A stretch of DNA of 27,887 bases from Candidatus Moraniibacteriota bacterium (GTDB lineage: Bacteria; Patescibacteriota; Minisyncoccia; CAIUEV01; JAHKAQ01), in contig WJJL01000062.1 in the NCBI GenBank assembly GCA_014729725.1, positions 1 through 27,887 on the forward strand, read 5' to 3'. The notes beneath the pieces were generated by a model. That model did not search any database and had not been told where the DNA came from. It saw nothing but the letters and a program-made list of their open reading frames with translations. This document shows, piece by piece, positions 8,173 to 17,333 of the stretch; positions within the stretch are counted from its first letter, which is position 1; the number at the start of each line of letters is the position of its first letter. Made by a program: the position numbers and the translations under genes.

Positions 8173-8628
8173 ATGAAGTGCCCATTTTGCAAGAATCAGG
8201 AAACCATGGTTATTGATTCTCGCGAAACCCTTGACAGAAAAGCAATCAGGAGGAGACGAAAATGCGTTAAATGCAGCGCCAGATTTACCACTTATGAACG
8301 CCCGGAATTAACTGAAATAAAGGTGATCAAAAGAAATGGCGAAAAAGAAGTTTATCAAAGAGGAAAAATCGAGAAAGGACTGGAAATAGCTTTGGAAAAA
8401 AGGCCGATAAATCCTAAAAAGGTCATTGAAATTGTGGATAATGTGGAAAGCAGAATCTTTGCCGGAAACAAAGAAGAAATCAACAGCCGCCAAATTGGTA
8501 AATTTATAACCGAATCTTTAAAAAAAGTAGATGAAGTGGCTTATCTTAGATTTCTTTCGGTTTATAGGTCTTTCGGGTCTTTGGAAAGTTTTGATAAAGA
8601 GATAAAAAAATTAAAAAACAATGATTAG
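8173..8628 (+). CDS. nrdR: Transcriptional repressor NrdR (zinc ribbon plus ATP-cone)
   Basis: 151 aa. The N-terminus MKCPFCKNQETMVIDSRE...RRRRKCVKCSARFTTYE is the canonical NrdR zinc ribbon, followed by an ATP-cone (VIKRNGEKEVYQRGKIEKGLEIAL). Confidence 0.9.
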   Translation: MKCPFCKNQETMVIDSRETLDRKAIRRRRKCVKCSARFTTYERPELTEIKVIKRNGEKEVYQRGKIEKGLEIALEKRPINPKKVIEIVDNVESRIFAGNKEEINSRQIGKFITESLKKVDEVAYLRFLSVYRSFGSLESFDKEIKKLKNND

Positions 8629-8662
8629 CGGGAGTTAGTTTTATAATTAAAAATATTATTAA

Positions 8663-10687
8663 ATGCAACAAAAAACCAAAATCAAGAAAAAAACCAAAAC
8701 TAAAAAAACTATCTCAAAAAACAAGCAGTTAAATTTTAATAAAGATTTCATAAAAGATGTGACCGATGGGGCCTTGTTTGTTCAAACCAGCGACGATGAA
8801 GTTCAAAACTGGAATGTAGAGGCAATTGGAAAGAGTCTTATCAAAGAGACAGGAGTTTCCGAAAAAGTGGCTTTTGGAATAGCTAAAAAAGTGGAGGAAA
8901 AAATATTTCAAGGTCAAATAAAAAATGTAACTTCCAGGTTAATCAGAGAACTGGTAAATGCGGAATTGGTAGAAAGAGGATTGGAAGAGGCCAGAAAAAG
9001 ATATATTCGTTTGGGTTTTCCGGTTTTTGATGTCCACCAGATAATAGAAAATGAGACCAATAAAGATAATTCCAATGTTCCTCATGGACCAGAAGCCACA
9101 AATTTAACCTTGGCCGAGGGGATCAAAAAAGAATATGCTTTGCTTAGAATTTTTTCTCAGGATGTCGGGGATGCTCATATAAACGGGGATATTCATCTTC
9201 ATGATTTGGGGATGGTGGATCGTCCTTATTGCAGCGGACAATCTCCGGAATATGTTAAAAAATACGGGTTGGATTTAAACACTTCTCTTTCCCAGGCCAA
9301 ACCCGCCAAACACGCGGAAGTTTTAATAGGTCATATTGTAAAATTTTCAGCAGCTCTACAATGCCATTTTTCAGGAGCGATCGGTTGGGATGCGATCAAT
9401 GTTTTTTTAGCCCCTTATTTGGTAGGTAAGAACAAAAAACAATTACGACAATTGGCTCAAGTTTTGATTTATGAGTTTTCCCAGCAGTCTGTGGCCCGAG
9501 GGGGTCAGGCCATTTTTTCCGACATCAATTTATACTGGGAAATCCCGAAACATTTCAGGGAAGTGGATGCTATCGGTCCTGGAGGAAAATTCACCGGTAA
9601 AAAATATAAGGATTATGAAAGAGAGTCTCAAATGTTTGCCGAGGCGCTTTTTGAGGTTTATCTGCAAGGAGATGCTTCGGGTATGCCATTTTTCTTTCCC
9701 AAGCCTTTGGTGCACATAACTGAAGATTTTTTCAAAACCAGAGGTTATAAAAAATTTTTAAACTTAATCTCCAAAACCGCGGCGGAAAAAGGAAATACCT
9801 ATTTTGTTTTTGACAGAAGAAACGAAGCGAAAATCTCCGAATGCTGCCGGCTTTCTTTTAAATTGGAAAAAAGCGATATAGAGGATGCTAAAACACCCTG
9901 GAAGATGAGATATTCGGCTATTCAAAACATTTCCCTGAATCTTCCAAGGCTGGCTTATATTTCCGGTGGATCTGATGAAATTTTGTTTACCAATATCAAT
10001 AATTTGTTGGAACTTACTGCAAAAGCTCACCGAGAAAAAAGAATTTTTATTGAAAATTTATTATCCAAAAAAAATAAAGGACCTTTGGGTATGCTTTCCA
10101 TTAAAAAACCGGATGATGAACACCCTTATTACCGACTTCACCGGATTACTCATTTAATAGGATTAGTAGGGTTGAATGAAATGGTCCAGGCCCATATCGG
10201 GCAGGAGCTTCATGAATCGAAACAAGCAATGAAATTAGGGTTAAAAATAATTGCGGCATTGAATTTACAGTGTAAAAAAATGTCTCAAAGATATGGAATG
10301 AATTTTGTGTTGGAGCAAACCCCGGCGGAAACAACGGCGTACCGTTTTGCCAAACTGGATTTAAAAAAATACCCCAAAGAAACCCGCAAGGTTATTAAAG
10401 GTAATTTAAAAAAAGACGAAGTTTATTATACCAATTCCACTCAACTGAATGTTTCGGCCCCGGTGGATCCTGTAGAAAGAGTAGTTATGGAAGGCATGTT
10501 TCATCCTTTAATTGATGCCGGCGCCATAACTCATATTTGGTTGGGAGAATCCAATCCCTCCCCAGAAAGTATAGGTAATTTTATTGAAAAATGTTTTAGA
10601 AACAGTGAAATTGCTCAGGTAGCGTTGTCTCCGGAATTCACGCATTGCAATGATTGCGGAAAAACAGACAGAGGAGCTTTTGTTTGA
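8663..10687 (+). CDS. nrdD: Anaerobic (class III) ribonucleoside-triphosphate reductase catalytic chain. It ends inside the C-terminal zinc ribbon and lacks the glycyl-radical motif
   Basis: 674 aa with an N-terminal ATP-cone. Class III hallmarks are present: NGDIHLHDLG, the catalytic-loop ECCRLS, and the first ribbon CxxC (THCNDCG) at the extreme C-terminus. No RVxGY glycine motif occurs before the stop at 10685-10687. Confidence 0.85.
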   Translation: MQQKTKIKKKTKTKKTISKNKQLNFNKDFIKDVTDGALFVQTSDDEVQNWNVEAIGKSLIKETGVSEKVAFGIAKKVEEKIFQGQIKNVTSRLIRELVNAELVERGLEEARKRYIRLGFPVFDVHQIIENETNKDNSNVPHGPEATNLTLAEGIKKEYALLRIFSQDVGDAHINGDIHLHDLGMVDRPYCSGQSPEYVKKYGLDLNTSLSQAKPAKHAEVLIGHIVKFSAALQCHFSGAIGWDAINVFLAPYLVGKNKKQLRQLAQVLIYEFSQQSVARGGQAIFSDINLYWEIPKHFREVDAIGPGGKFTGKKYKDYERESQMFAEALFEVYLQGDASGMPFFFPKPLVHITEDFFKTRGYKKFLNLISKTAAEKGNTYFVFDRRNEAKISECCRLSFKLEKSDIEDAKTPWKMRYSAIQNISLNLPRLAYISGGSDEILFTNINNLLELTAKAHREKRIFIENLLSKKNKGPLGMLSIKKPDDEHPYYRLHRITHLIGLVGLNEMVQAHIGQELHESKQAMKLGLKIIAALNLQCKKMSQRYGMNFVLEQTPAETTAYRFAKLDLKKYPKETRKVIKGNLKKDEVYYTNSTQLNVSAPVDPVERVVMEGMFHPLIDAGAITHIWLGESNPSPESIGNFIEKCFRNSEIAQVALSPEFTHCNDCGKTDRGAFV

Positions 10688-10769
10688 GATTTGAAATTTA
10701 TAAATTTACTAAATTATTAAAATATATTTTATTTTGATATAATAAAAAAGTAAAAATTAAAACAAAAAA

Positions 10770-10949
10770 ATGACAAATGTAAACGGTGAAAAAATAATTG
10801 AAAAATGCTCCCATTGCGGAAGCCTAAACATTGACCATGTTACCAGAGTTACGGGTTATTTTTCTAAAGATTCCATGTGGAATCAGGGAAAAGTGGCCGA
10901 ACTTCGCGATCGGGATAAAGCCATAAACAGAAAATATTTCAAAAAATAG
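10770..10949 (+). CDS. Stand-alone NrdD C-terminal tail: second zinc-ribbon CxxC plus glycyl-radical motif (59 aa, not in the ORF track)
   Basis: ATG at 10770, TAG at 10947-10949. Translation is MTNVNGEKIIEKCSHCGSLNIDHVTRVTGYFSKDSMWNQGKVAELRDRDKAINRKYFKK. KCSHCG is the second Cys pair of the NrdD ribbon. RVTGY is the RV[CT]GY glycyl-radical motif, and the following WNQGK..E...R tail matches the E. coli NrdD C-terminus. It lies in a different frame from nrdD and 82 nt downstream. Confidence 0.7.
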   Translation: MTNVNGEKIIEKCSHCGSLNIDHVTRVTGYFSKDSMWNQGKVAELRDRDKAINRKYFKK

Positions 10950-10981
10950 ACTTGATTTTAAATCAATTTGGACTTTATTAA

Positions 10982-11009
10982 AGAGACAAGGTTTTAAAAC
11001 CTTGTCTCT
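10982..11009 (+). terminator. Strong hairpin (10-12 bp stem) between the glycyl-radical tail ORF and nrdG. It is a possible intra-operon terminator or attenuator, or an RNA-stability element
   Basis: AGAGACAAGG-TTTTAAAA-CCTTGTCTCT is a perfect inverted repeat. It is followed by TTGGTCTT, a weak U-tract, and lies 34 nt before the nrdG start. Confidence 0.4.
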
Positions 11010-11042
11010 TGGTCTTAAATAATTCCCATAACTGTCTTTATT

Positions 11043-11762
11043 ATGTTTAAAGACCTTGAAATAGCGGGAGTGGAACCCTCCTCAATGCTTGAGCGCCCAG
11101 GTTATATTTCGGCTATCATTTTTCTAAATGGCTGTAATTTTCGTTGTCCTTTTTGTCACAATCCGGATCTGGTTTTAAAAAATCCGGATATTAAACCTTA
11201 TCCTTTAAAGGAGGTTTTAAAATTGTTAAAACAAAAGAAGGGCTGGGTTGATTCGGTGATTTTAAGCGGAGGGGAACCTACTATTTATAAAGAAATTCCC
11301 CAATTTATCAAAAAAGTTAAGGATATGGGTTTTAGTATGGGCATTCATACTAACGGCACCAATCCTGAAATGATAAAAAAATTAACTGATCGAAATTTAT
11401 TGAGTTATTTGGCGATGGATTTAAAAAATGATCAACAAGATTACGCCAAAACTGCGGGTTTGAAAAAAATTAACTTTTTCAATATCCAAAAAACTTTAAA
11501 TATCATTAAAAGTTTGGATAGGGAAAAGATAGAAACAATAGTTAGAATCACTGTGGTGCCGGGATTAATAGATCGGGAAAATATTAAAAAAATGGGCGGT
11601 TTGTTAAAAGGAATAAAAAAGGTTAGTCTTCAACAGTTTAGACCAGTTAATTGCTTAGATAAAAACTTTGAAAAAATCAAACCTTATGATAAGCTGGAAT
11701 TAAATAAAATGGCCGACATTCTGGAACAGACGGTTGAAGAAGTGGAAAGAGGATTTATTTAA
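11043..11762 (+). CDS. nrdG: Anaerobic ribonucleotide reductase activating protein (radical SAM activase)
   Basis: 239 aa. The CxxxCxxC radical-SAM cluster motif sits in NGCNFRCPFCHNPD and the glycine-rich SAM motif is ILSGGEPT. It lies directly downstream of nrdD. Confidence 0.85.
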   Translation: MFKDLEIAGVEPSSMLERPGYISAIIFLNGCNFRCPFCHNPDLVLKNPDIKPYPLKEVLKLLKQKKGWVDSVILSGGEPTIYKEIPQFIKKVKDMGFSMGIHTNGTNPEMIKKLTDRNLLSYLAMDLKNDQQDYAKTAGLKKINFFNIQKTLNIIKSLDREKIETIVRITVVPGLIDRENIKKMGGLLKGIKKVSLQQFRPVNCLDKNFEKIKPYDKLELNKMADILEQTVEEVERGFI

Positions 11763-11793
11763 TTTAAAAAATAATTTTAATTAAGCTAAATAT

Positions 11794-13098
11794 ATGCTGG
11801 ATATTCAATTTATTCGAGAGAATTTCAGGCAAATTCAAAAAGCAGCGGATGATAAAAACATAAATTTAAAAGTTAAGGATTTACTTAAAATCGATAAAGA
11901 ACGAAGAAATTTTCAGTCTAAAATAAACAATCTTCAAAAACAAAAAAATAATCTTAATAAGGAGATCAAAGGCAAACCAACCAAGGAGCAGCTCAAAAAA
12001 GCCAAAGCAATCAAAAAAGAAATTAGCCAGCTGGAAAAGAAATTTAAGAAAGTGGAAAAAAAATTTAACAAGTTGATGGCAAAGGTACCTGTAATTCCAT
12101 CCAAAGACACTCCCTTGGGAAGAGACGAACGAGACAATGTAGAGGTTGGCCGTTGGGGGGAGATTCCCAAATTCGATTTTAAACCTAAAAGCTATATGCA
12201 GCTGGCCAGGGACTTAGATTTAATTGATTTTAAAAGAGGAGTCAAGGTAGCCGGTTATAGAGGTTATTATGTTAAAAATGAAGGCGTTTTACTGCAAATG
12301 GGTATGATGATGTATGCGCTTAAAAAATTGATTGAAAAAGGCTTTACCCCGATAATTCCTCCGACCTTGGTAAGAGAATTTGTGTTGTTTGGGACCGGTT
12401 ATTTTGAGGGAGAAAAATATGATAAAAGTGTCGATAATATTTATAAAATCGAAAACAAAGATGTTTTGGCTGACGGAAGCGTTAAAAAAGAAAATAAGTT
12501 TTTGGTCGGAACAGCGGAGCCTTCCCTTTTAGCTTATTACGCCAATGAGGTTTTAGATGAAAAAGATTTGCCGGTAAGATTTTGCGGTTTTTCCCAATGC
12601 TATCGAAGTGAAATCGGCAGTTACGGCAAAGACACCAAAGGAATTTATCGGGTGCATGAATTTGTTAAAGTGGAGCAGGTTTGTATTTGTAAAGCAGATG
12701 TTAAGGAATCGGATAAACTTCACCAGGAAATGGTGGAAAATTCCAAAGAGCTTCACAAAGATTTAAAGCTTCCTTTTAGGCAGCTGCAGATTTGCACAGG
12801 TGATATGGCGGCCGGAAAATACAAAATGTTTGATCTGGAAGCTTGGATGCCCAGCAGAAAAAGCTATGGAGAAACCGGTTCAGCTTCTAATTTTTTAGAT
12901 TGGCAATCCAGAAGATTGAATGTGAAATATAAAGACAAACAGGGCAATAAAAAATATGTTTTTATGTTAAACAATACAGCTCTTCCTAGCGTTAGGCCTT
13001 TAATTTCTATTATGGAAAACCATCAAACTAAAGAAGGATTTATAAAAGTGCCTAAAGTGCTTCAAGAATATGTTGGAAAAAAAATAATCGGAAAATAA
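11794..13098 (+). CDS. serS: Seryl-tRNA synthetase
   Basis: 434 aa with the N-terminal coiled-coil tRNA-binding arm. Class II motifs are present: FRSE-type YRSEIGSYGKDTKGIYRVHEF, and motif 3 in GSASNFLDWQSRRL...NNTALPSVR. Confidence 0.9.
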   Translation: MLDIQFIRENFRQIQKAADDKNINLKVKDLLKIDKERRNFQSKINNLQKQKNNLNKEIKGKPTKEQLKKAKAIKKEISQLEKKFKKVEKKFNKLMAKVPVIPSKDTPLGRDERDNVEVGRWGEIPKFDFKPKSYMQLARDLDLIDFKRGVKVAGYRGYYVKNEGVLLQMGMMMYALKKLIEKGFTPIIPPTLVREFVLFGTGYFEGEKYDKSVDNIYKIENKDVLADGSVKKENKFLVGTAEPSLLAYYANEVLDEKDLPVRFCGFSQCYRSEIGSYGKDTKGIYRVHEFVKVEQVCICKADVKESDKLHQEMVENSKELHKDLKLPFRQLQICTGDMAAGKYKMFDLEAWMPSRKSYGETGSASNFLDWQSRRLNVKYKDKQGNKKYVFMLNNTALPSVRPLISIMENHQTKEGFIKVPKVLQEYVGKKIIGK

Positions 13099-13154
13099 TT
13101 TAGTCCTTTGGCTGCTTATTTTTTTAAGATTTAAAGATGTAATTGTAAATAAAG

Positions 13155-14141
13155 ATGTTTGGCAATAGACGCAAAAGATTAAAGAAAAATTTTAAAAGGA
13201 AAAGAAAAAATCAAAATAAAAACGGTTTAATTGGTATTAAAAATGACGATTTAAGACAAAATTTAGTGAAGCTAAAGCTTGTTTCCGTTTCTTTTTTTCT
13301 TTCTATTATTTTGTTTTTTTTTCTTTTAATTTATTTGTTTTTCTTTTCTTCTTTGTTTAAAGTTCAGGAAATAGTAGTAAAAGGCAATCAAAGAAATAAC
13401 AGCGAGGTAATTATTTCGCAAATAGAACCTTATTTGGAAGGAAATTTTCTAAAAATATTTTCTCAAAGTCATTTTTTAGCCCTTAATACTAAAGAAATCG
13501 AAAAGATGCTTTTAGAGAATTTTAAAAGCATTGAGGAGGTGGAAATTAAAAAAAAATTGTTTGGCAAGTTGGAGGTAAACATTGTGGAAAAGCAGATTAA
13601 AGCTGCTATGTGTTCGCAATCAGAATGTATTATTATTGATGATAAAGGAGTTGTGTTAAAAAGATTCCCTAAAGACAAATTATACGAATACGGAGAAAAT
13701 ATTGAGCTAATTGTTGATCAGTCCAATACTTTGGCGCAAGTGGGAGAAGGAGTAAACACCAAGGATTATGTGGAATTCATAGATGGCCTTCGCTACGATT
13801 TAAATGCAAACGGTATAATGGTTAGGGAAGTTATTACTCCTTTGCCTTCGGCCAGTGAAATTCAGGTTGTCACTATTCAAGATTATGTTATTATATTTGA
13901 TTCCAGCCTGGATTTTTCAAACCAATTGGAATCCTTGAAGCTGATTTTGGAAAAAGAAATTCCCAAGGAGAAAATAGATTGTTTGGAGTATATTGATTTA
14001 AGAATTAAAAATAAGGTTTATTATCGGTATTATGATGATTGCAAAAAAGAGCAAGACGGTAAAATAAAAGAAGAAACAGGCGAATCGGCGCAGGAAGGCT
14101 CTGATGCAGAAAATAACGCCGGAGAAGAGAAAGAGGATTAA
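13155..14141 (+). CDS. FtsQ/DivIB-like cell-division protein (basic N-tail, one TM helix, POTRA domain, acidic C-tail)
   Basis: 328 aa. The architecture is a basic cytoplasmic tail (MFGNRRKRLKK...), a TM segment (FFLSIILFFFLLIYLFFF), then a POTRA-like segment (VQEIVVKGNQRNNSEVIISQIEPYLEGNFLKIF) and a beta-domain. Confidence 0.55.
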   Translation: MFGNRRKRLKKNFKRKRKNQNKNGLIGIKNDDLRQNLVKLKLVSVSFFLSIILFFFLLIYLFFFSSLFKVQEIVVKGNQRNNSEVIISQIEPYLEGNFLKIFSQSHFLALNTKEIEKMLLENFKSIEEVEIKKKLFGKLEVNIVEKQIKAAMCSQSECIIIDDKGVVLKRFPKDKLYEYGENIELIVDQSNTLAQVGEGVNTKDYVEFIDGLRYDLNANGIMVREVITPLPSASEIQVVTIQDYVIIFDSSLDFSNQLESLKLILEKEIPKEKIDCLEYIDLRIKNKVYYRYYDDCKKEQDGKIKEETGESAQEGSDAENNAGEEKED

Positions 14142-14188
14142 TTGAAAATTCAGGAAATTGCTAAAAAATAAGATTTTTAATTTTTTTT

Positions 14189-16069
14189 ATGAACTCAAAT
14201 CAAATAAGAAAAAAATATTTGGATTTTATGAAACAAAAAGGCCATGCCGTTATTCCCAGCGCTTCTCTAATTCCTGAAAACGATCCTACCACTTTATTTA
14301 CCGGATCCGGGATGCAGCCGATGGTGCCTTATTTGCTTGGTCAAAAGCATCCCTTGGGAACAAGGATTGCTGATTCTCAAAAAAGTTTTAGAACCGTTGA
14401 GCTGGATGAAGACACTGTGGGCGATAACCGGCATACAACTTTTTTTGAAATGCTTGGCAATTGGTCTTTGGGGGATTATTTTAAGAAAGAACAAATCAGC
14501 TGGATGTTTGAATTTTTAACTCAGATTTTAAAGTTGGACCCTAAAAGAATTTTTGTTACCGTTTATCGGGGAAACAAAGAAATCGGAATCCCTAAAGATA
14601 AAGAGTCGGTTAGGTATTGGCAAGAGGAATTTGAAAAAGTCGCAATTAAGGCTAAAGATGTTGACATGGCGGAAGAAAAAGGGATGAGAGGCGGACGAAT
14701 TTTTTATTACAATGAACAGGAGAATTGGTGGTCAAGGGCGGGAATCCCACAAAATATGCCCATCGGAGAGCCGGGCGGTCCCGATAGCGAGATGTTTTGG
14801 GATTTTGGAGAAGATTTAAAAATTCATGAAAACTCCATTTATAAAGACCAACCCTGTCATCCGGCTTGCAGCTGCGGGAGATTTTTGGAAATCGGCAACA
14901 ATGTTTTTATGCAGTATAAAAAGACGAAAAAAGGCTTTGAAGAGCTGCCTCAGAAAAATATTGATTTTGGCGGAGGATTGGAAAGAATGGCTGCCGCTAA
15001 ATTGGACAACCCGGATATTTTTTTAACCGATCTTTTCGACCTGCAAAGAGAAGTGTTGGAGAAAATGACTCAAAAACAATATGGAAAAGATTTTGAGGAA
15101 ACTAAAAATTTTAGAATTATCATGGATCATTTAAGGGCTGCTGTTTTTTTAATTTCGGATGGCGCCCTACCTTCCAACAAGGACCAGGGTTATTTTACCA
15201 GAAGGTTGATCAGGAGGTCTGTTCGGTACGCAAATAAAATCAATCTTAAACAGGAATTTACTAAAGAGTTGGGCAGAGCCGTGATCAAGACTTATAAAAA
15301 TCATTATAAGGATTTGGAAAAAAATAAAAAAAAGATCCTAAAAGAGTTAATTAAGGAGGAAAAAAAGTTCAGAAAAACTTTGGAAAAAGGGCTTAAAAAA
15401 TTTAATAAGATTGTTCGCAAAGAGCAGATTGATAACAGTAAAATAAATGGTAAAGTGGCCTTTGATCTTTATCAAACCTATGGTTTTCCTATTGAGATGA
15501 CCGTGGAAATGGCTCGGGAAAACGACATGGATGTTGATATGGAGGGCTTTAAAAAAGAACAAAAAAAACATCAGGAGCTTTCTCGGCAAGGAGCGCAGAA
15601 AAAATTTAAAGGCGGTTTGGCTGATGCTAAAGAAAAAACCGTAAAATTACACACCGCAGCTCATTTGGTTTTAGCCGCTCTTAGAGAAATTCTGGAAAAA
15701 GGTCAACAGGTTTATCAAAAGGGATCAAATATCACGGCTGATCGCCTTCGTTTTGATTTTTCTTTTGATCGAAAATTAACCGAGCAAGAAGTTGAAAAAG
15801 TGGAGGCTTTTGTTAATCAAGCAATAAAAGAGGGGATTGAGGTAAAGATGAAGGAGATGAGTTTACAAAAAGCTAAAGAAATCGGAGCTCAAGGGGTTTT
15901 CGACAGTAAATATGGAGAAAAAGTCAAAGTTTATACTATTAAAGGTTATTCGCAAGAAATTTGCGGAGGGCCGCATGTAAAAAATACTTCTGAACTTGGG
16001 AAATTTAAAATTATCAAGCAGGAAAGCGTTGGTTCGGGAATAAGAAGAATCAAAGCGGTTTTAGAGTAG
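14189..16069 (+). CDS. alaS: Alanyl-tRNA synthetase, a compact form with catalytic and editing domains but no C-Ala domain
   Basis: 626 aa. The N-terminus has AlaRS signatures (FTGSGMQP, RHTTFFEMLGNWSLGDYFK). The editing-domain motifs HTAAHLVLAALRE (HxxxH) and CGGPHV are present. It is about 250 aa shorter than typical bacterial AlaRS. Confidence 0.85.
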   Translation: MNSNQIRKKYLDFMKQKGHAVIPSASLIPENDPTTLFTGSGMQPMVPYLLGQKHPLGTRIADSQKSFRTVELDEDTVGDNRHTTFFEMLGNWSLGDYFKKEQISWMFEFLTQILKLDPKRIFVTVYRGNKEIGIPKDKESVRYWQEEFEKVAIKAKDVDMAEEKGMRGGRIFYYNEQENWWSRAGIPQNMPIGEPGGPDSEMFWDFGEDLKIHENSIYKDQPCHPACSCGRFLEIGNNVFMQYKKTKKGFEELPQKNIDFGGGLERMAAAKLDNPDIFLTDLFDLQREVLEKMTQKQYGKDFEETKNFRIIMDHLRAAVFLISDGALPSNKDQGYFTRRLIRRSVRYANKINLKQEFTKELGRAVIKTYKNHYKDLEKNKKKILKELIKEEKKFRKTLEKGLKKFNKIVRKEQIDNSKINGKVAFDLYQTYGFPIEMTVEMARENDMDVDMEGFKKEQKKHQELSRQGAQKKFKGGLADAKEKTVKLHTAAHLVLAALREILEKGQQVYQKGSNITADRLRFDFSFDRKLTEQEVEKVEAFVNQAIKEGIEVKMKEMSLQKAKEIGAQGVFDSKYGEKVKVYTIKGYSQEICGGPHVKNTSELGKFKIIKQESVGSGIRRIKAVLE

Positions 16070-16097
16070 GATAGAGCAAGAAAGAAAGGGGGAGGGG

Positions 16098-17333
16098 TTA
16101 TGGTTTTTGTTGGTTGGCGCTAATGTGATTACTCCCTATTTCGTGAGAAATAAACAAGCTTTGATAAATGGAGGTTAGCTTTATTTCCGATTTTATCCAG
16201 TTGAATTTTTTTTCGATTCTTAATTTTCCAATTTTCCCCATTATTCTACTTCTTTCTCGATTGTCCAGAGTTCTGATGATTTCTTTGGCAAGCAGCATTT
16301 CATTGCCTTTTTCAATAAATTTTCCGGCCTCCCCAATTCTACTTTGGCCGGTTTTGGAATTATAGGCGATTAAGGGCTTACCCACCGCCATAAATTCAAA
16401 AATAGAATCCCTGATATTAACCCTTTTACTGTCATTGGATTCCAAAACAATCCCCAGATCAGCGGCATTAAGATAATTGAGTAGTTTTTTTTGGCTTAAC
16501 CAGCCGGTAAAATGAACCAATTCATTGATTTTTAGGTTGGAGCAGTGTTTAGCTATTTTTTCTTTATCTTTTCCATCTCCGGCAATTACAAATAAAATAT
16601 CTTTTCTGCCCAAATCTTTTAAAATAAAATTAATAGCCCCAATCAGTTTGATAAACTCTTTTTTCAGGCGGATGCTGCCGGAGAATAAAACCATATATTT
16701 ATAGCCTCTTTTGTAATCTTTATTAATAAAGGGCTGATAAAAATCTTTTAAATCCGGAAAGGGCTCAATGGTTACGATTTTATTTTTTTTATGCCCCACA
16801 AACGGCGTAATCCTGAATTTTTGCAGGGAGTTGGGCACAAATATAAGATCAGCCGATTTAATTAAAAATTTCTCCAGTTTTTTAAGGAAATTTAAATAAA
16901 GCCTTTGAATAAAACCGTGCCGGGTTAGTTGGCTTTTTAATTTTTTAGGATAATTTTCATTTATTTCGTAAATAAAGGTAGATCCGAAAATTTTTAAAAA
17001 AACCGCGATTAAACCCAAAATATCGGTGGGATTGATAAAATGAATTACTTTGAATTTGTGTTTCAGGTAAAGCTTTAAGGTAAGGTTAGCGGCTTTAACA
17101 AAGTCCAGAAGTTCGCCAAAAAACAAAGAAAGTAAGCTGTTTCTGGAAAAATTTTTCTTAAAATAATAGACTCTTATTTTTCGATACTTGCGAAGGCCTA
17201 TTCGATTTTTATTTCTGGGACAGATGATTTTAACCCGATAGCCTTCTTGGGAAAGAGAGACGGCTTTTTTCCAGGTTCTTCTATATTCGGGAGCCGGAAA
17301 GTTGTTGGTGATAAATAGAACTTCTCGGTTCAT
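16098..17333 (-). CDS. GT4-family glycosyltransferase (glycosyl transferase group 1)
   Basis: 411 aa with two Rossmann-like halves. The C-terminal half carries the GT4 EX7E-like region (GEAGKFIEKGNEMLLAKEI) and donor-binding motifs (VLFSGSIRLKK, FTGWL). Confidence 0.7.
   Translation of the reverse strand: MNREVLFITNNFPAPEYRRTWKKAVSLSQEGYRVKIICPRNKNRIGLRKYRKIRVYYFKKNFSRNSLLSLFFGELLDFVKAANLTLKLYLKHKFKVIHFINPTDILGLIAVFLKIFGSTFIYEINENYPKKLKSQLTRHGFIQRLYLNFLKKLEKFLIKSADLIFVPNSLQKFRITPFVGHKKNKIVTIEPFPDLKDFYQPFINKDYKRGYKYMVLFSGSIRLKKEFIKLIGAINFILKDLGRKDILFVIAGDGKDKEKIAKHCSNLKINELVHFTGWLSQKKLLNYLNAADLGIVLESNDSKRVNIRDSIFEFMAVGKPLIAYNSKTGQSRIGEAGKFIEKGNEMLLAKEIIRTLDNRERSRIMGKIGKLRIEKKFNWIKSEIKLTSIYQSLFISHEIGSNHISANQQKP

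Noticed and set aside
10952-10966. Short palindrome TTGATTTTAAATCAA just after the glycyl-radical tail ORF
   Set aside because: The loop would be only 1-2 nt and the stem is all A/T. It was judged too weak to report as a separate structure next to the strong hairpin at 10982-11009.
16084-16097. Purine-rich GAAAGGGG(G)AGGG motif seen twice (16084-16097 and 20379-20390), each at a convergent gene junction and each next to a tiny 7-codon ORF
   Set aside because: It looks like a Shine-Dalgarno-type G-run, and the adjacent ATG ORFs are only 7 codons. Two occurrences of a short purine run are weak evidence for an element, though a genome-wide count could revisit this.
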